Source: Alphaproteobacteria bacterium (lineage in GTDB: Bacteria; Pseudomonadota; Alphaproteobacteria; UBA7887). From it: a stretch of DNA of 64,000 nucleotides. Positions 39,722 through 49,407 of this stretch are shown here, piece by piece (within the stretch, counting starts at the first letter, position 1; the number at the start of each line of letters is the position of its first letter). The DNA is taken from positions 3,936,001 through 4,000,000 of the forward strand of contig CBDCGL010000011.1 of NCBI GenBank assembly GCA_965216755.1. The letters are read 5' to 3'. Made by a program: the position numbers and the translations under genes. Under the pieces are notes generated by a model that was given only the letters and a program-made list of their open reading frames with translations, was not told the origin of the DNA and made no database searches.

Positions 39722-41044
39722 ATGACGGCGACAGATGTGTACGACTGCGCGATCATCGGCGGCGGTTTCACCGGCCTTGCGGCAGCGGCTGAACTCTCGC
39801 GTACCGGTCGTTCGGTAATTTTGATCGAGAAGGAACATGAACTCGGCGGTCTTGCCGCAGGCTTCAACGTTGGCGAATACGAGCTGGAACGGTTTTATCA
39901 TCACTGGTTCACGAGTGATCGTCACATTTTCGATCTCGCCCAGCAGATCGGCGTATCGGACCGGGTGGTTGTGCGTGATTCCGTCACCGGTATGTATTTC
40001 GCTGGCAAGAACTTCCGCCTGTCGACGCCGCTTGACCTACTCGGCTTCACGGCCCTGCCATTCCACGATCGCGTTCGCACCGGTGTCGCCGCACTGCGCG
40101 CTCGCCGCGTCAAGGAATGGCGCGATCTCGAAGGCGTTACGGCAAAGGACTGGCTTATTAAGCTTTTTGGCGCGAATGCGTTCAGTGTCATTTGGGAACC
40201 TCTGCTGGTCGGAAAGTTCGGTAAACACGCCGATCGCATTTCCGCCGTTTGGTTTTGGAACAAGCTTGCGCTCCGCGGTGGCAGCCGCGGCAAAAGGGGC
40301 GCCGAGCAACTGGCCTATTTTCGTGGCGGGTTTGCGCAACTTGCCCGTGACGTGGCCGCCTATGTCACCGCCAAGGGCGGACATATCGAATCCGGCCTTG
40401 AAGCCAAAACCATCCGAAGATCGGAATCTGGCGTCGCTGTTGAAACCGCCCGTGAACCCATTCACGCGCGGACGGCGCTTGTTACGACGCATTTGCCCGT
40501 TGCGGCGAGACTGTTGGCCGAGAGCGCGACGGCGGCGGAGCTGAAGGCGTTTCGCAAAATCGAATACCTTGGCAATGTTTGCCTAATACTGGAAATGAAC
40601 CGCAGTTTGTCTCAATTCTATTGGACCAATATCAACGATCCGAATTTCCCATTCGTCGGCATCATCGAACACACGAATTTCGAACCCATGGCCTCTTACG
40701 GCGGGCGCCATATCGTGTATCTGTCGAAATATCTCGCAACCGACGACTCGCTCTTTGACAAGGATTCCCATCAAATGTTCGAATTCGCTGTGCCGCACAT
40801 ACAAAGGATGTTTCCGGAGTTCAGGTGCTCTTGGGTCGACGGCTATCATTTGTGGAAAGCCGAATACGCGCAGCCTATCGTTGTGCGACATTATTCGCGA
40901 CTGATCCCTGAATTCGAGCTGTCCGTGCCTGGCGTGTTCTTGGCGACCATGGCCCAAATTTACCCCGAGGATCGTGGGACCAACTACGCTGTTCGCGAAG
41001 GTACCCGCGCCGCAAAGGAAATCGACAAAAGGTTGCCGCGCTAA
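39722..41044 (+). CDS. FAD-dependent oxidoreductase (amine oxidase/protoporphyrinogen oxidase fold)
   Basis: IIGGGFTGL, E....LGGLA, LERFYHH, IYPEDRGTN. Confidence 0.85.
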   Translation: MTATDVYDCAIIGGGFTGLAAAAELSRTGRSVILIEKEHELGGLAAGFNVGEYELERFYHHWFTSDRHIFDLAQQIGVSDRVVVRDSVTGMYFAGKNFRLSTPLDLLGFTALPFHDRVRTGVAALRARRVKEWRDLEGVTAKDWLIKLFGANAFSVIWEPLLVGKFGKHADRISAVWFWNKLALRGGSRGKRGAEQLAYFRGGFAQLARDVAAYVTAKGGHIESGLEAKTIRRSESGVAVETAREPIHARTALVTTHLPVAARLLAESATAAELKAFRKIEYLGNVCLILEMNRSLSQFYWTNINDPNFPFVGIIEHTNFEPMASYGGRHIVYLSKYLATDDSLFDKDSHQMFEFAVPHIQRMFPEFRCSWVDGYHLWKAEYAQPIVVRHYSRLIPEFELSVPGVFLATMAQIYPEDRGTNYAVREGTRAAKEIDKRLPR

Positions 41045-42900
41045 GGTAGAGCCGACAGGCGGCGGGCGTCTTCGCGCGTGATCAGCACCTGCCCGTCGGT
41101 GACATCGTCAAAGTCCACATCCTCAAGCGTTCGCGTTGTGAGCCGAGAAAACTCTTCAACCAGTCGCGCTTCATATGGTGAGCCTTTCCGCACGTAGAGG
41201 AAATGCGTGTAGTCACGGCTGATTCCCCAAGGATAGGGAAACTCGCCAACCGATATCCAATTGTCGCGCAGCTCGCGCATTCGGTAGTGGAGTGCGGTGG
41301 CCAACGCGCCATCGCTCATTGTGGCCGCGGCCCGCCCATAATCGGCCAGGGTCTTCCGCGATAGCAGTACGTTTTCGGCATAAGCTGTTTGCCACAGCGG
41401 TTCCTCCGCGGCCGAAGTCGCGCCGGTCGAGGCAGGCGGCACCGGACCGAGATAGGCATCTGGTCTACTGCCCCATATATATTGCTCGCGTTCGATCGGT
41501 GTAATCGGTTCACGGCCGGAAAGAACGTTGTCCACCAAACCAACCGGATCAATGAAAGACACGCGACTGGTAAACGGGATGTAGCCGGCCGCGTCATAGA
41601 CCAACGTCACCTCTGGTCCGCCGCCGGCGCGGATCAATGCGGCCGCCATCGGCTCGTAGTGGTGCCACTGAACCCGGGCAAACCACGGTCGATGATGTCG
41701 GCGGTCCAGATGCATGGTGATCGCCAAGACCACCACGGCAAATCCGGCGGTCGTCATCACCGCGACGGTCGGGCCGCTGAACCGACCAATCAAAACTTGC
41801 AACCGCTCAAAGGCCTTACCCGAAGCCAAAAGCCATCCCACCGCAACCCAAAACAGCGCTTCGACAGGAAACTCCAAGCGATGGTGGTAGTTGACCACGT
41901 GCAATGTCGTTGAATTGTAAAATAGCACCAGCGCCATCGGGACGCACAGAAGCGCCACCTGCGACCATGAGGTTCTGGACCCCGCGGTCGCGAGGGCACG
42001 CCAGTCCAGAAACAGAATCAGGGGCGCAAGGTAGACCGCCTTTTTTGCCAGGTTGAGCGTAAAGCGAAGCACATCCGCCAGCCCGCCGAATGCTAGGTTT
42101 TCCGTGGTCTTTACATAAAACGAATTCGGCAACAGGTAGCCGAAGTAGGCATATTTCCAAGCCAGGTAGGCCGTACCGATCGCGCCAACAATTCCATATG
42201 CTAGAAATAAGGCGCCGAGCATGCCGCTATCACCGTGGCGCCGGCGCATGATCGCCACGAGCCCAAGAACGACACCCTGTCCCGCCAGAAACGGCGCCGT
42301 GTCCGGGCGTGACCAAAGGCAAAGCAGGCTGACCAAGGCCAGCGCAACCGCGAGCGATCGGCGCGGGTGCGATAAAACGTGCAGGCTCACCAAGAAACTT
42401 GTGCTCAGCAGGGCGGCCGCAACGATTGTGTCCATGCCCGAATTCACGTGGACCGAAAACCGCGCGCTTCCTAGATACAAGGCCAGTGGGAGCGCGGCCG
42501 CCAGGGTCAACCGACCGTTCAACCGGGCCGCGATTCGGACCAATACCAACACCAGAACGAGGACGCTGACCGTGCTGATCAGATAGGCCCCGGTCAGCAA
42601 CGGCAGACCAAGCCGCATGGTCGTCGCCACCAATATCGTCTGCAATATCGATGTCGATCCTTCGGTTGGTGGGCCATCGATGTTCCAGACGATACCGAAA
42701 CCCCGCACCAAGTTTTCGGCGAAACGAAAGGTGATGAAGGCATCGTCGGGAAAATGTCCGCCAAAGCGCCAGCTCCGATAAGCCAGCGCCAGAAGAGCCA
42801 GGGCAATCACTGCCCACGGCAGCAGCCGCCGTAAGACCAGCCAAGTGCCGCCGGACCGAACGCCTTCACTGGCTGTTTGTTGGGATTGCCGCAGCGACAT
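41041..42900 (-). CDS. Polytopic membrane GT-C protein (AftB-like N-terminus)
   Basis: DDAFITFRFAENLVRGFG.VWN..EGSTS, SGMDT, SRPD, YFGYLLPNSFYVK. Confidence 0.72.
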   Translation of the reverse strand: MSLRQSQQTASEGVRSGGTWLVLRRLLPWAVIALALLALAYRSWRFGGHFPDDAFITFRFAENLVRGFGIVWNIDGPPTEGSTSILQTILVATTMRLGLPLLTGAYLISTVSVLVLVLVLVRIAARLNGRLTLAAALPLALYLGSARFSVHVNSGMDTIVAAALLSTSFLVSLHVLSHPRRSLAVALALVSLLCLWSRPDTAPFLAGQGVVLGLVAIMRRRHGDSGMLGALFLAYGIVGAIGTAYLAWKYAYFGYLLPNSFYVKTTENLAFGGLADVLRFTLNLAKKAVYLAPLILFLDWRALATAGSRTSWSQVALLCVPMALVLFYNSTTLHVVNYHHRLEFPVEALFWVAVGWLLASGKAFERLQVLIGRFSGPTVAVMTTAGFAVVVLAITMHLDRRHHRPWFARVQWHHYEPMAAALIRAGGGPEVTLVYDAAGYIPFTSRVSFIDPVGLVDNVLSGREPITPIEREQYIWGSRPDAYLGPVPPASTGATSAAEEPLWQTAYAENVLLSRKTLADYGRAAATMSDGALATALHYRMRELRDNWISVGEFPYPWGISRDYTHFLYVRKGSPYEARLVEEFSRLTTRTLEDVDFDDVTDGQVLITREDARRLSALP

Positions 42901-43118
42901 CTTATTGCCAAGTGCCGTTCATGGCTGAGTCGTCTCCCTGGTCGTGACCAACGCCGGCGCTGCCCCCGCCGCGGTTATCACTCCCATCAGAATGGAAGTA
43001 AATACAGCCCAAATCACGCAGAGAAAACGATACGGCCGCGCAGCGCGGGCGCGCGTCATGTCACTCAGGGCGGGATCGAGCGCAAGCAGATCGGTGCGCC
43101 GCATCAGCACAGCCATTG

Positions 43119-43805
43119 TCACCGCACGACCAATGGCAACTCGGCGGTCCCTTCCCACAAAAACACGCCGTCGCGTTTTATGAGTTCGGGAAAATGGCCG
43201 GGTACAATCCGATCGGCCATGGCTAAAATGCGTTCGATGGAGGCCGTGCCGGCTTCGACCGTGTCAAAGGCCAAATCACAGCACCGGGTCAGCGCTTCCT
43301 TGGCGTATTTGATCGCGTCGCCAGCCACCACCACACAGCCCGCCGGGTCGGTCGTGAGTTTGAGCGCGAATGAACCAGGCGTATGCCCCGGTGCAGGGAA
43401 GTAGGTTACGCCGTCGCTTACCCGGCCCTCGCCGTCGATCAGTTCCAGATCATGCTTCTGCAATTGTTCGCGCACCATCCATGGAATGAAAAGATCGTCC
43501 TTATGCGGGTTGGCTGCGTAGTCCCATTCGCGGCGGCTTACCAGCACTTTGGCGTTGGTAAACAGATCGATATTGTTGGCATGGTCGAAATGCAAATGGG
43601 AAAGAAACACAGCTTTCACATCGCCCGGCGTCATGCCCTTGCCGGCCAGACCTTGCAGCAAAGCCAGCCGGTTACAGAAATGGCCGACGTCAAACAGAAC
43701 CGGTCCATCGGCGCAGGTGATCAGGGTGGCATTGGCGAGGCCCAAAAACCCATCTTTTGTCTTGAGGTTGTTGCCGTGCACAATGATGTCATAGTCAACG
43801 GACAC
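43119..43805 (-). CDS. MBL-fold metallohydrolase (lactonase-like)
   Basis: SHLHFDHA, PGHTPGS, AGDA, VPGH. Confidence 0.88.
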   Translation of the reverse strand: MSVDYDIIVHGNNLKTKDGFLGLANATLITCADGPVLFDVGHFCNRLALLQGLAGKGMTPGDVKAVFLSHLHFDHANNIDLFTNAKVLVSRREWDYAANPHKDDLFIPWMVREQLQKHDLELIDGEGRVSDGVTYFPAPGHTPGSFALKLTTDPAGCVVVAGDAIKYAKEALTRCCDLAFDTVEAGTASIERILAMADRIVPGHFPELIKRDGVFLWEGTAELPLVVR

Positions 43806-43850
43806 GCTACATCTCCTCTGGTGCCTGGAATTGATACGGTGTCGTGCGGC

Positions 43851-45368
43851 CTATCCTTGGCCCGCGGCCCAGTCGGGAACCAAGCCGGGTTCGATGCCGA
43901 ACACGACCAAGACAATCGAATAACTAATCGCCGTGATCAGGGTGACGCCCAAAATGTTCAACCAAATGCCGGCACGGATCATCTGGCCGATCTGGATATG
44001 GCCACTGCCGAAGACGATGGCGTTGGGCGGCGTCGCCACCGGCATCATGAAGGCATAGCTGGCCGCCAAGGCTGCGGGGATCACCATGAGCAGCGGGTTT
44101 TCACCAAGGCCTATGGCGATCGAGGCGACGATCGGCACGAAGGTCGCGGCGGTTGCGGTGTTGCTGGTCAACTCGGTGAGGAAAATGATCAGTGCAACCA
44201 CGGCCAAAATCACCAACACGATCGGCAGACCACCCAACGCTGTGGTCGCGCTGCCGATCCACGCGGCCAACCCGGTATTCTTGATCGCGCCCGCCAGGCT
44301 GAGACCACCGCCAAACAGGATCAAGACCCCCCACGGCAAACGGTTCGCCCACGCCCAGTTCAGCGCAAACACACCGCGCCGAAAATCGACGGGGAGCAGA
44401 AACAGCGACAAGGCGCCGATCATGGCGATGGTCGAATCATTCAGGCCGATCGTCTTCGCCGCGTCGGCAAACAATGAGCGGCCGATCCACAAAATCGCGG
44501 TGGTGGCGAAAACGCAAAGTACGATCCGTTCGCCACGCTGCATGGGCCCCATTTTGTCGAGCTCACCCCGTATCACGCCGGTGAAGTCATGGCCGTGGGG
44601 GAGCCGGAAAGAGAACAAGACACGCACCAACAATAGCCAGGCGATGGGCAGCATGATGGCAACCAAGGGTAGGCCGACCAACATCCAGCGGCCGAAACCG
44701 ATATCGAGCCCGTAACTATCGGAAACAAAACTGGCCATGAACGCGTTCGGCGGCGTGCCAACCAAGGTGCCGACGCCGCCGATTGACGCGGCATAGGCGA
44801 TCGCCAGCATCAGCGACGTTGCAAAGGCCGTTTCGCTGCCTTCCGGCCCGTCGCCGTCGTTTCTACTGTTGGCTTGGAGCAGCTGCACCACCGATAACGC
44901 GATCGGTAACATCATCAGGGTCGTCGCGGTGTTGCTGACCCACATGCTGAGGAACGCGGTCGCCAACATAAAGCCGAACACCAGGCCGTGGGGGTGATCG
45001 CCGGTCAACAGTATCAAGCTGAGCGCGATCCGCCGGTGCAGGTTCCAGCGCTGCATCGCCAACGCGATCAGAAAACCGCCGGCGAACAAGAAAATCAGCG
45101 GGTGGGCATAGGGCGCGGCTGTTTCGCGAATGCCGCTGATTCCGAGAAGCGGAAACAAAACCAGAGGTAGCAAAGCCGTGGCCGGGATTGGCATGGCTTC
45201 GGTGATCCACCAGGTTGCCATCAACAGGGTAACACCCGCGGTCCGCCAAGCGGTGGGGTCGAGCCCGGCCGGTGCTGGTGTCAGCAAAATGCCGACAAAC
45301 AGGGCCGCGCCCAAGACGGCGCCCACACGATTGTGTGCGGCATATGTCGGATCCGTGCCGTCACTCAT
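43851..45368 (-). CDS. SLC13/DASS sodium-coupled anion symporter
   Basis: LSMWVSNTAT, GTPPN, TELTSNTAT, MMPVATPPNAIV. Confidence 0.93.
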   Translation of the reverse strand: MSDGTDPTYAAHNRVGAVLGAALFVGILLTPAPAGLDPTAWRTAGVTLLMATWWITEAMPIPATALLPLVLFPLLGISGIRETAAPYAHPLIFLFAGGFLIALAMQRWNLHRRIALSLILLTGDHPHGLVFGFMLATAFLSMWVSNTATTLMMLPIALSVVQLLQANSRNDGDGPEGSETAFATSLMLAIAYAASIGGVGTLVGTPPNAFMASFVSDSYGLDIGFGRWMLVGLPLVAIMLPIAWLLLVRVLFSFRLPHGHDFTGVIRGELDKMGPMQRGERIVLCVFATTAILWIGRSLFADAAKTIGLNDSTIAMIGALSLFLLPVDFRRGVFALNWAWANRLPWGVLILFGGGLSLAGAIKNTGLAAWIGSATTALGGLPIVLVILAVVALIIFLTELTSNTATAATFVPIVASIAIGLGENPLLMVIPAALAASYAFMMPVATPPNAIVFGSGHIQIGQMIRAGIWLNILGVTLITAISYSIVLVVFGIEPGLVPDWAAGQG

Positions 45369-45589
45369 GCCCCTCTCTCCACCCAGAACAGCCGTCGGGC
45401 CTCGCCGGTGCGGCCGGTTGTAACTCACCGCGGCGATGCGGTCACGGCCGCTGGTGGTCATTTGATGGTCGTCACAAGCCGGTCAGATCACCATGGCCTA
45501 TGGCACCGGCCGAGCTTACTTTCCGTTGGGGTCGTTGTCTGGCGTTTGCCGCGCGATCCAGGTGGATGAGGACAAGCCAAGGTGCGGCC

Positions 45590-46270
45590 ATGATCGAAAC
45601 AAGCTTTAAAGCCGGCTGGGCGGTTTTTGTGACGGTCGTCACACTTTTCGCCATGCCTGGGGTGACACGCGCCGACCTCGCCGAAGGTGTTCATGCGTTT
45701 GACAATCGCCAGTATGACGAGGCCTATCGGGCATTTTTGCCCTTGGCCGAGCAAGGCAACCCGATCGCGCAGACTCGCCTGGGCACGATGTACCGCAGCG
45801 GTGTTCTGGGCCAGTCCGACATGCCCATGGCGGCCCGTTGGTTCGAGCGTGCCGCCGAACACGATTATCCTGAAGCACATTACAATCTGGGGTTGATGTA
45901 TCTCTACCATGAGGCCTTGGCACCGGGCGTTCCGGCCAGCGCCCGAGCGCTAGAGCGCGTTGCGGTCACCCATTTCGCGCGGGCCGCGGAATATGGCCAT
46001 GCACAAGCCCAGCTCTACCTCGGCCACTTGCTGGCCAAAGGCAAAGCAGTGCGCCGCGATCCGATCCACGCGTTCAAATGGTTTCAATTGGCGGCGTGGC
46101 AGCGCTCTAGCTTGGCGGCGGCGGCACGCGACCAACTGGCCGCAACCATGCGACCGGAGCAGCTGGCCGAGGCCAAAATCCTTGCTCGCGATTGGCAGCC
46201 ACTGGAGCTCGTCGACATGGAGATTGCCGCAGCCGAAACGGGGCATAAGGACTCCGGCGCTACGCACTGA
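45590..46270 (+). CDS. Exported Sel1-repeat protein
   Basis: Signal peptide, AEQGNPIAQTRLGTMY, AHYNLGLMY, AQLYLG..LAKG, AFKWF. Confidence 0.85.
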   Translation: MIETSFKAGWAVFVTVVTLFAMPGVTRADLAEGVHAFDNRQYDEAYRAFLPLAEQGNPIAQTRLGTMYRSGVLGQSDMPMAARWFERAAEHDYPEAHYNLGLMYLYHEALAPGVPASARALERVAVTHFARAAEYGHAQAQLYLGHLLAKGKAVRRDPIHAFKWFQLAAWQRSSLAAAARDQLAATMRPEQLAEAKILARDWQPLELVDMEIAAAETGHKDSGATH

Positions 46271-46308
46271 CCCGTCGCGATCGTCGTATGGCGTGGCTTG
46301 TGCGCCGG

Positions 46309-46539
46309 TTATTTCGAATTCGCGATGTCTTTGCGCGCCGCGGCGATGGCTTCGGACAAGACCGCGATATCGCCGATGTGATTGGCGAGTAGCAAGACCA
46401 ATTTGGCGGTCACCAATTGCGCTTGCTCGTCATCGAGATCGGCGGTCATTTCCACCAACATTTCATAAAAGGCGTCGCCGTCGGCAAATCCCAGCGTCGC
46501 CCGCAGCGCGCCAGTGCCCGGTTGCCGCGCTTCAGTCAT
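46309..46539 (-). CDS. DUF2783 family protein
   Basis: DAFYE.L....DL.DEQ......KLVLLLANHIGD; coupled to the monooxygenase. Confidence 0.88.
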   Translation of the reverse strand: MTEARQPGTGALRATLGFADGDAFYEMLVEMTADLDDEQAQLVTAKLVLLLANHIGDIAVLSEAIAAARKDIANSK

Positions 46540-48232
46540 GGTGGCGTGCCCCGGTCGGCATGGTGGGGTCGCGATCTACGATGCGGTCGACCGCCGCCAT
46601 CACCCGATCCACGTCCAGTGCCCGCCATCGACCACAAATATGCTGATCGGGACGCACCAGAACGAAGCCACCGGGATTCAGGCCATACAGTGCGGCGAGG
46701 TGGCCGCCGGGATCTCGGATGGTCTCTGTGTGATCTGAGTTCGCAGCGCGCGCGTCGACCGCAAGGCAGGCGACCGGCACTGGCGCCGCAGACAGGCGTG
46801 CCGCCGTGGTTTGGATCTCGCCATCGGCAGCATCGCGCGGCACCCGCCACAAGCCGCAAAATCGATCGCCCAGCCGGTCGAGCAGCCATTCACCTTTGCC
46901 GTCGCCGTCCCGATCAAGCCTGATATTCGGCGCCACCGCACCAACACCGGCGCCGCCGGGGGAACCGTCGTCGTCGCCCAACAAAGGCGCCAGGCCGGCG
47001 TAATCGTGTGGTCGCGACAAACGACCGCTGTTCACCAGATCGCGGGCAAAAGGCCAATCGCGGGCGAGCGCCAAGGTGGCGTCGCGCAAGGCCTGACTGG
47101 CGGTGCTTTTCGGGGTGATGAAGTCGGTGCTGCGGGTCGAATTGAGGATGTTCTCGTCGGCGGCGCGGATGCGCTCGCGGTCGTAGCTATCCAGCAAGGC
47201 GGCAGGTGCGTCGCCCGCTAACACCAAGGCCAGTTTCCAGACCAAATTGTCGACGTCTTGAATGCCGCTATTGGCGCCACGCGCCCCGAACGGCGAGACC
47301 TGATGGGCCGCGTCGCCGGCAAAGATCACGCGGTCGTGGCGAAACCGCGCCAGCCGCCGGCATTGAAAGGTGTAGACGCTGGTCCATTGCAGCTCAAAGG
47401 GGATGTCCGGGCCCAACATGCGTTCGAGCCGCGGAATGACATTCTCTGGCTTGCGCTCGGCGTCAGCATCGGCGTCCCAGCCCAGTTGCAGGTCAATCCG
47501 CCATATGTCATCGGCTTGCATATGCAAAAGCGCCGATTGACCGCGATTGAACGGCGGGTCGAACCAGAACCAGCGCTGCGACGGAAACGGTGCCTTCATC
47601 CGCACATCCGCAATCAGGAAATGATCCTCGAACACGCGCCCTTCAAAACTTAATCCCAGCGCGCGCCGCACAGTGCTCTTGGCGCCGTCGGCGGCAATCA
47701 CATAGTCGGCGTCGATTTCGTATCGACCGGCCGGCGTCTCGACCGCCAGGTGAGCCGCCCCGGCATCCTGGCTGACGGCGACCACCTGGCTTTGCCACCG
47801 CAAGTCAATCTGGGGCATGGTTTGGGCGCGGTCGACCAAGTCTTCTTCGACGTAGTATTGTTGGAGATTGATAAAGGCGGGATGTTTCTGGGTGCCTTGG
47901 TCGGCCAAATTGAACGTATAGAGCGGCTCTTCGTCGAAGAACAGCTTGCCGGTGTTCCAGGTGACGCCTTTTTCTAGGATCGGACCGCCGACGCCCAACC
48001 GATCAAAGATTTCGAGTGTGCGCTTGGCCCAACAGATTGCCCGGCTGCCGACGCTGACAGTGTTGTCGTCGTCCAAAACCACGGACGGCACGCCGCGTTG
48101 TGCCAAATCGATCGCCGCGCACAAGCCAATGGGGCCGGCACCGACGATCACGACGGATACCTGGCGTTTTTGATTGTCCGTCAATTCAGGCGGCGGCGTG
48201 AACGCGTAAGTGGGATATTCGTATGTCGCCAC
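46532..48232 (-). CDS. FAD-dependent aromatic monooxygenase (MhpA-like)
   Basis: VGAGPIGL, ADGAKS, AGDAAHQVSPFGARGANSG, LVRPDQH; probable GTG start. Confidence 0.9.
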   Translation of the reverse strand: MATYEYPTYAFTPPPELTDNQKRQVSVVIVGAGPIGLCAAIDLAQRGVPSVVLDDDNTVSVGSRAICWAKRTLEIFDRLGVGGPILEKGVTWNTGKLFFDEEPLYTFNLADQGTQKHPAFINLQQYYVEEDLVDRAQTMPQIDLRWQSQVVAVSQDAGAAHLAVETPAGRYEIDADYVIAADGAKSTVRRALGLSFEGRVFEDHFLIADVRMKAPFPSQRWFWFDPPFNRGQSALLHMQADDIWRIDLQLGWDADADAERKPENVIPRLERMLGPDIPFELQWTSVYTFQCRRLARFRHDRVIFAGDAAHQVSPFGARGANSGIQDVDNLVWKLALVLAGDAPAALLDSYDRERIRAADENILNSTRSTDFITPKSTASQALRDATLALARDWPFARDLVNSGRLSRPHDYAGLAPLLGDDDGSPGGAGVGAVAPNIRLDRDGDGKGEWLLDRLGDRFCGLWRVPRDAADGEIQTTAARLSAAPVPVACLAVDARAANSDHTETIRDPGGHLAALYGLNPGGFVLVRPDQHICGRWRALDVDRVMAAVDRIVDRDPTMPTGARHHD

Positions 48233-48415
48233 AGGCGTGAGGGTCGCAAAACTAGTTGCAAATGAAACCAAGCGCCTTATAGCAGAGCCCTGCAACGGTG
48301 CAAAGATCTCCAGGTTGGGCTCGGCGCTGTCACTTGCGCCGGCCGGTCTTGCGCGATAGGGAGTATGGGGTCCGAACCGGGATGCGCCGGGCCGCCTCCG
48401 ACAAAGGGATGATTG

Positions 48416-49369
48416 ATGGCTAAGGAATTTGCCTCGCGTGGCGACATGGAAGACAAAGTCGGCACATTTAGCGAACTGGCCGATGGCGTTTATGCCTATA
48501 CGACTGAGGGCGACCCCAATACCGGCGTGGTCATCGGTGACGAGTCGGTCCTGGTCATGGACGCACGTGCGACGCCGGTCCAGGCGCAAGAGTTAATCGA
48601 CGTTATTCGCACAGTGACCGATAAACCGATCGACTATGTCGTGCTCAGCCATTATCACGCCGTCCGCGTGCTCGGTGCGTCGGCGTATGGGGCGCGCCAT
48701 ATTATCGCCAGCGAAATGACCCGCGATCTGGTTGCCGAACGGGGCCAGCAGGATTTCGATTCGGAAGTCGGTCGCTTTCCGCGGCTGTTCAAAGCGGTCG
48801 AATCGGTTCCCGGCCTGACTTGGCCGACCATGACATTTCCGGACAAGATGACCCTCTATCTAGGCGCGCGCGAAGTCCAGCTTATGCATCTGGGCAAGGG
48901 CCATACCAAGGGCGACATTGTTGCCTGGTTGCCGAAGGAAAAAGTCTGCTTCAGTGGCGACTTGGTCGAATATGGCGCGACACCTTATGCCGGCGATGCC
49001 TATCCCAGCGAATGGCCGGACACGTTGGAGCGCGTGCGCGCATTGGGTGCTGAAAAGATGGTTCCGGGGCGCGGCGACGCCCTGGTGACCCCGTCGACCG
49101 TCAACGAGGCCATCGATCAAACGCAAGCGTTTGTCAAAGCTCTGCACGATAGCGTCCGCGATGGTGTCGCCGCCGGACATGACCTTAAGACCGTGTTCGA
49201 CGCCACCCGCGATGTCCTGAAGCCACGTTTCGGCGACTGGGTGATTTTTGAACATTGCCTGCCGTTCGACATCAGTCGTGCCTATGACGAGGCCAAAGGC
49301 ATTGTCGATCCACGCATTTGGACCGATCAGCGCGATCGGGAAATGTGGGCGGCCTTGCAGGACGGCTAG
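48416..49369 (+). CDS. MBL-fold metallohydrolase
   Basis: GDPNTG, LSHYHAVR, GHTKGD, SGDLVE, VPGRG. Confidence 0.88.
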   Translation: MAKEFASRGDMEDKVGTFSELADGVYAYTTEGDPNTGVVIGDESVLVMDARATPVQAQELIDVIRTVTDKPIDYVVLSHYHAVRVLGASAYGARHIIASEMTRDLVAERGQQDFDSEVGRFPRLFKAVESVPGLTWPTMTFPDKMTLYLGAREVQLMHLGKGHTKGDIVAWLPKEKVCFSGDLVEYGATPYAGDAYPSEWPDTLERVRALGAEKMVPGRGDALVTPSTVNEAIDQTQAFVKALHDSVRDGVAAGHDLKTVFDATRDVLKPRFGDWVIFEHCLPFDISRAYDEAKGIVDPRIWTDQRDREMWAALQDG

Positions 49370-49407
49370 AGTTGAATCCACGAAACGCGGCGGAATAGGG
49401 GACACGC

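Noticed and set aside
42919-43158. Small ORF between the GT-C gene and the MBL hydrolase
   Set aside because: No motif and no clear RBS; cannot be supported
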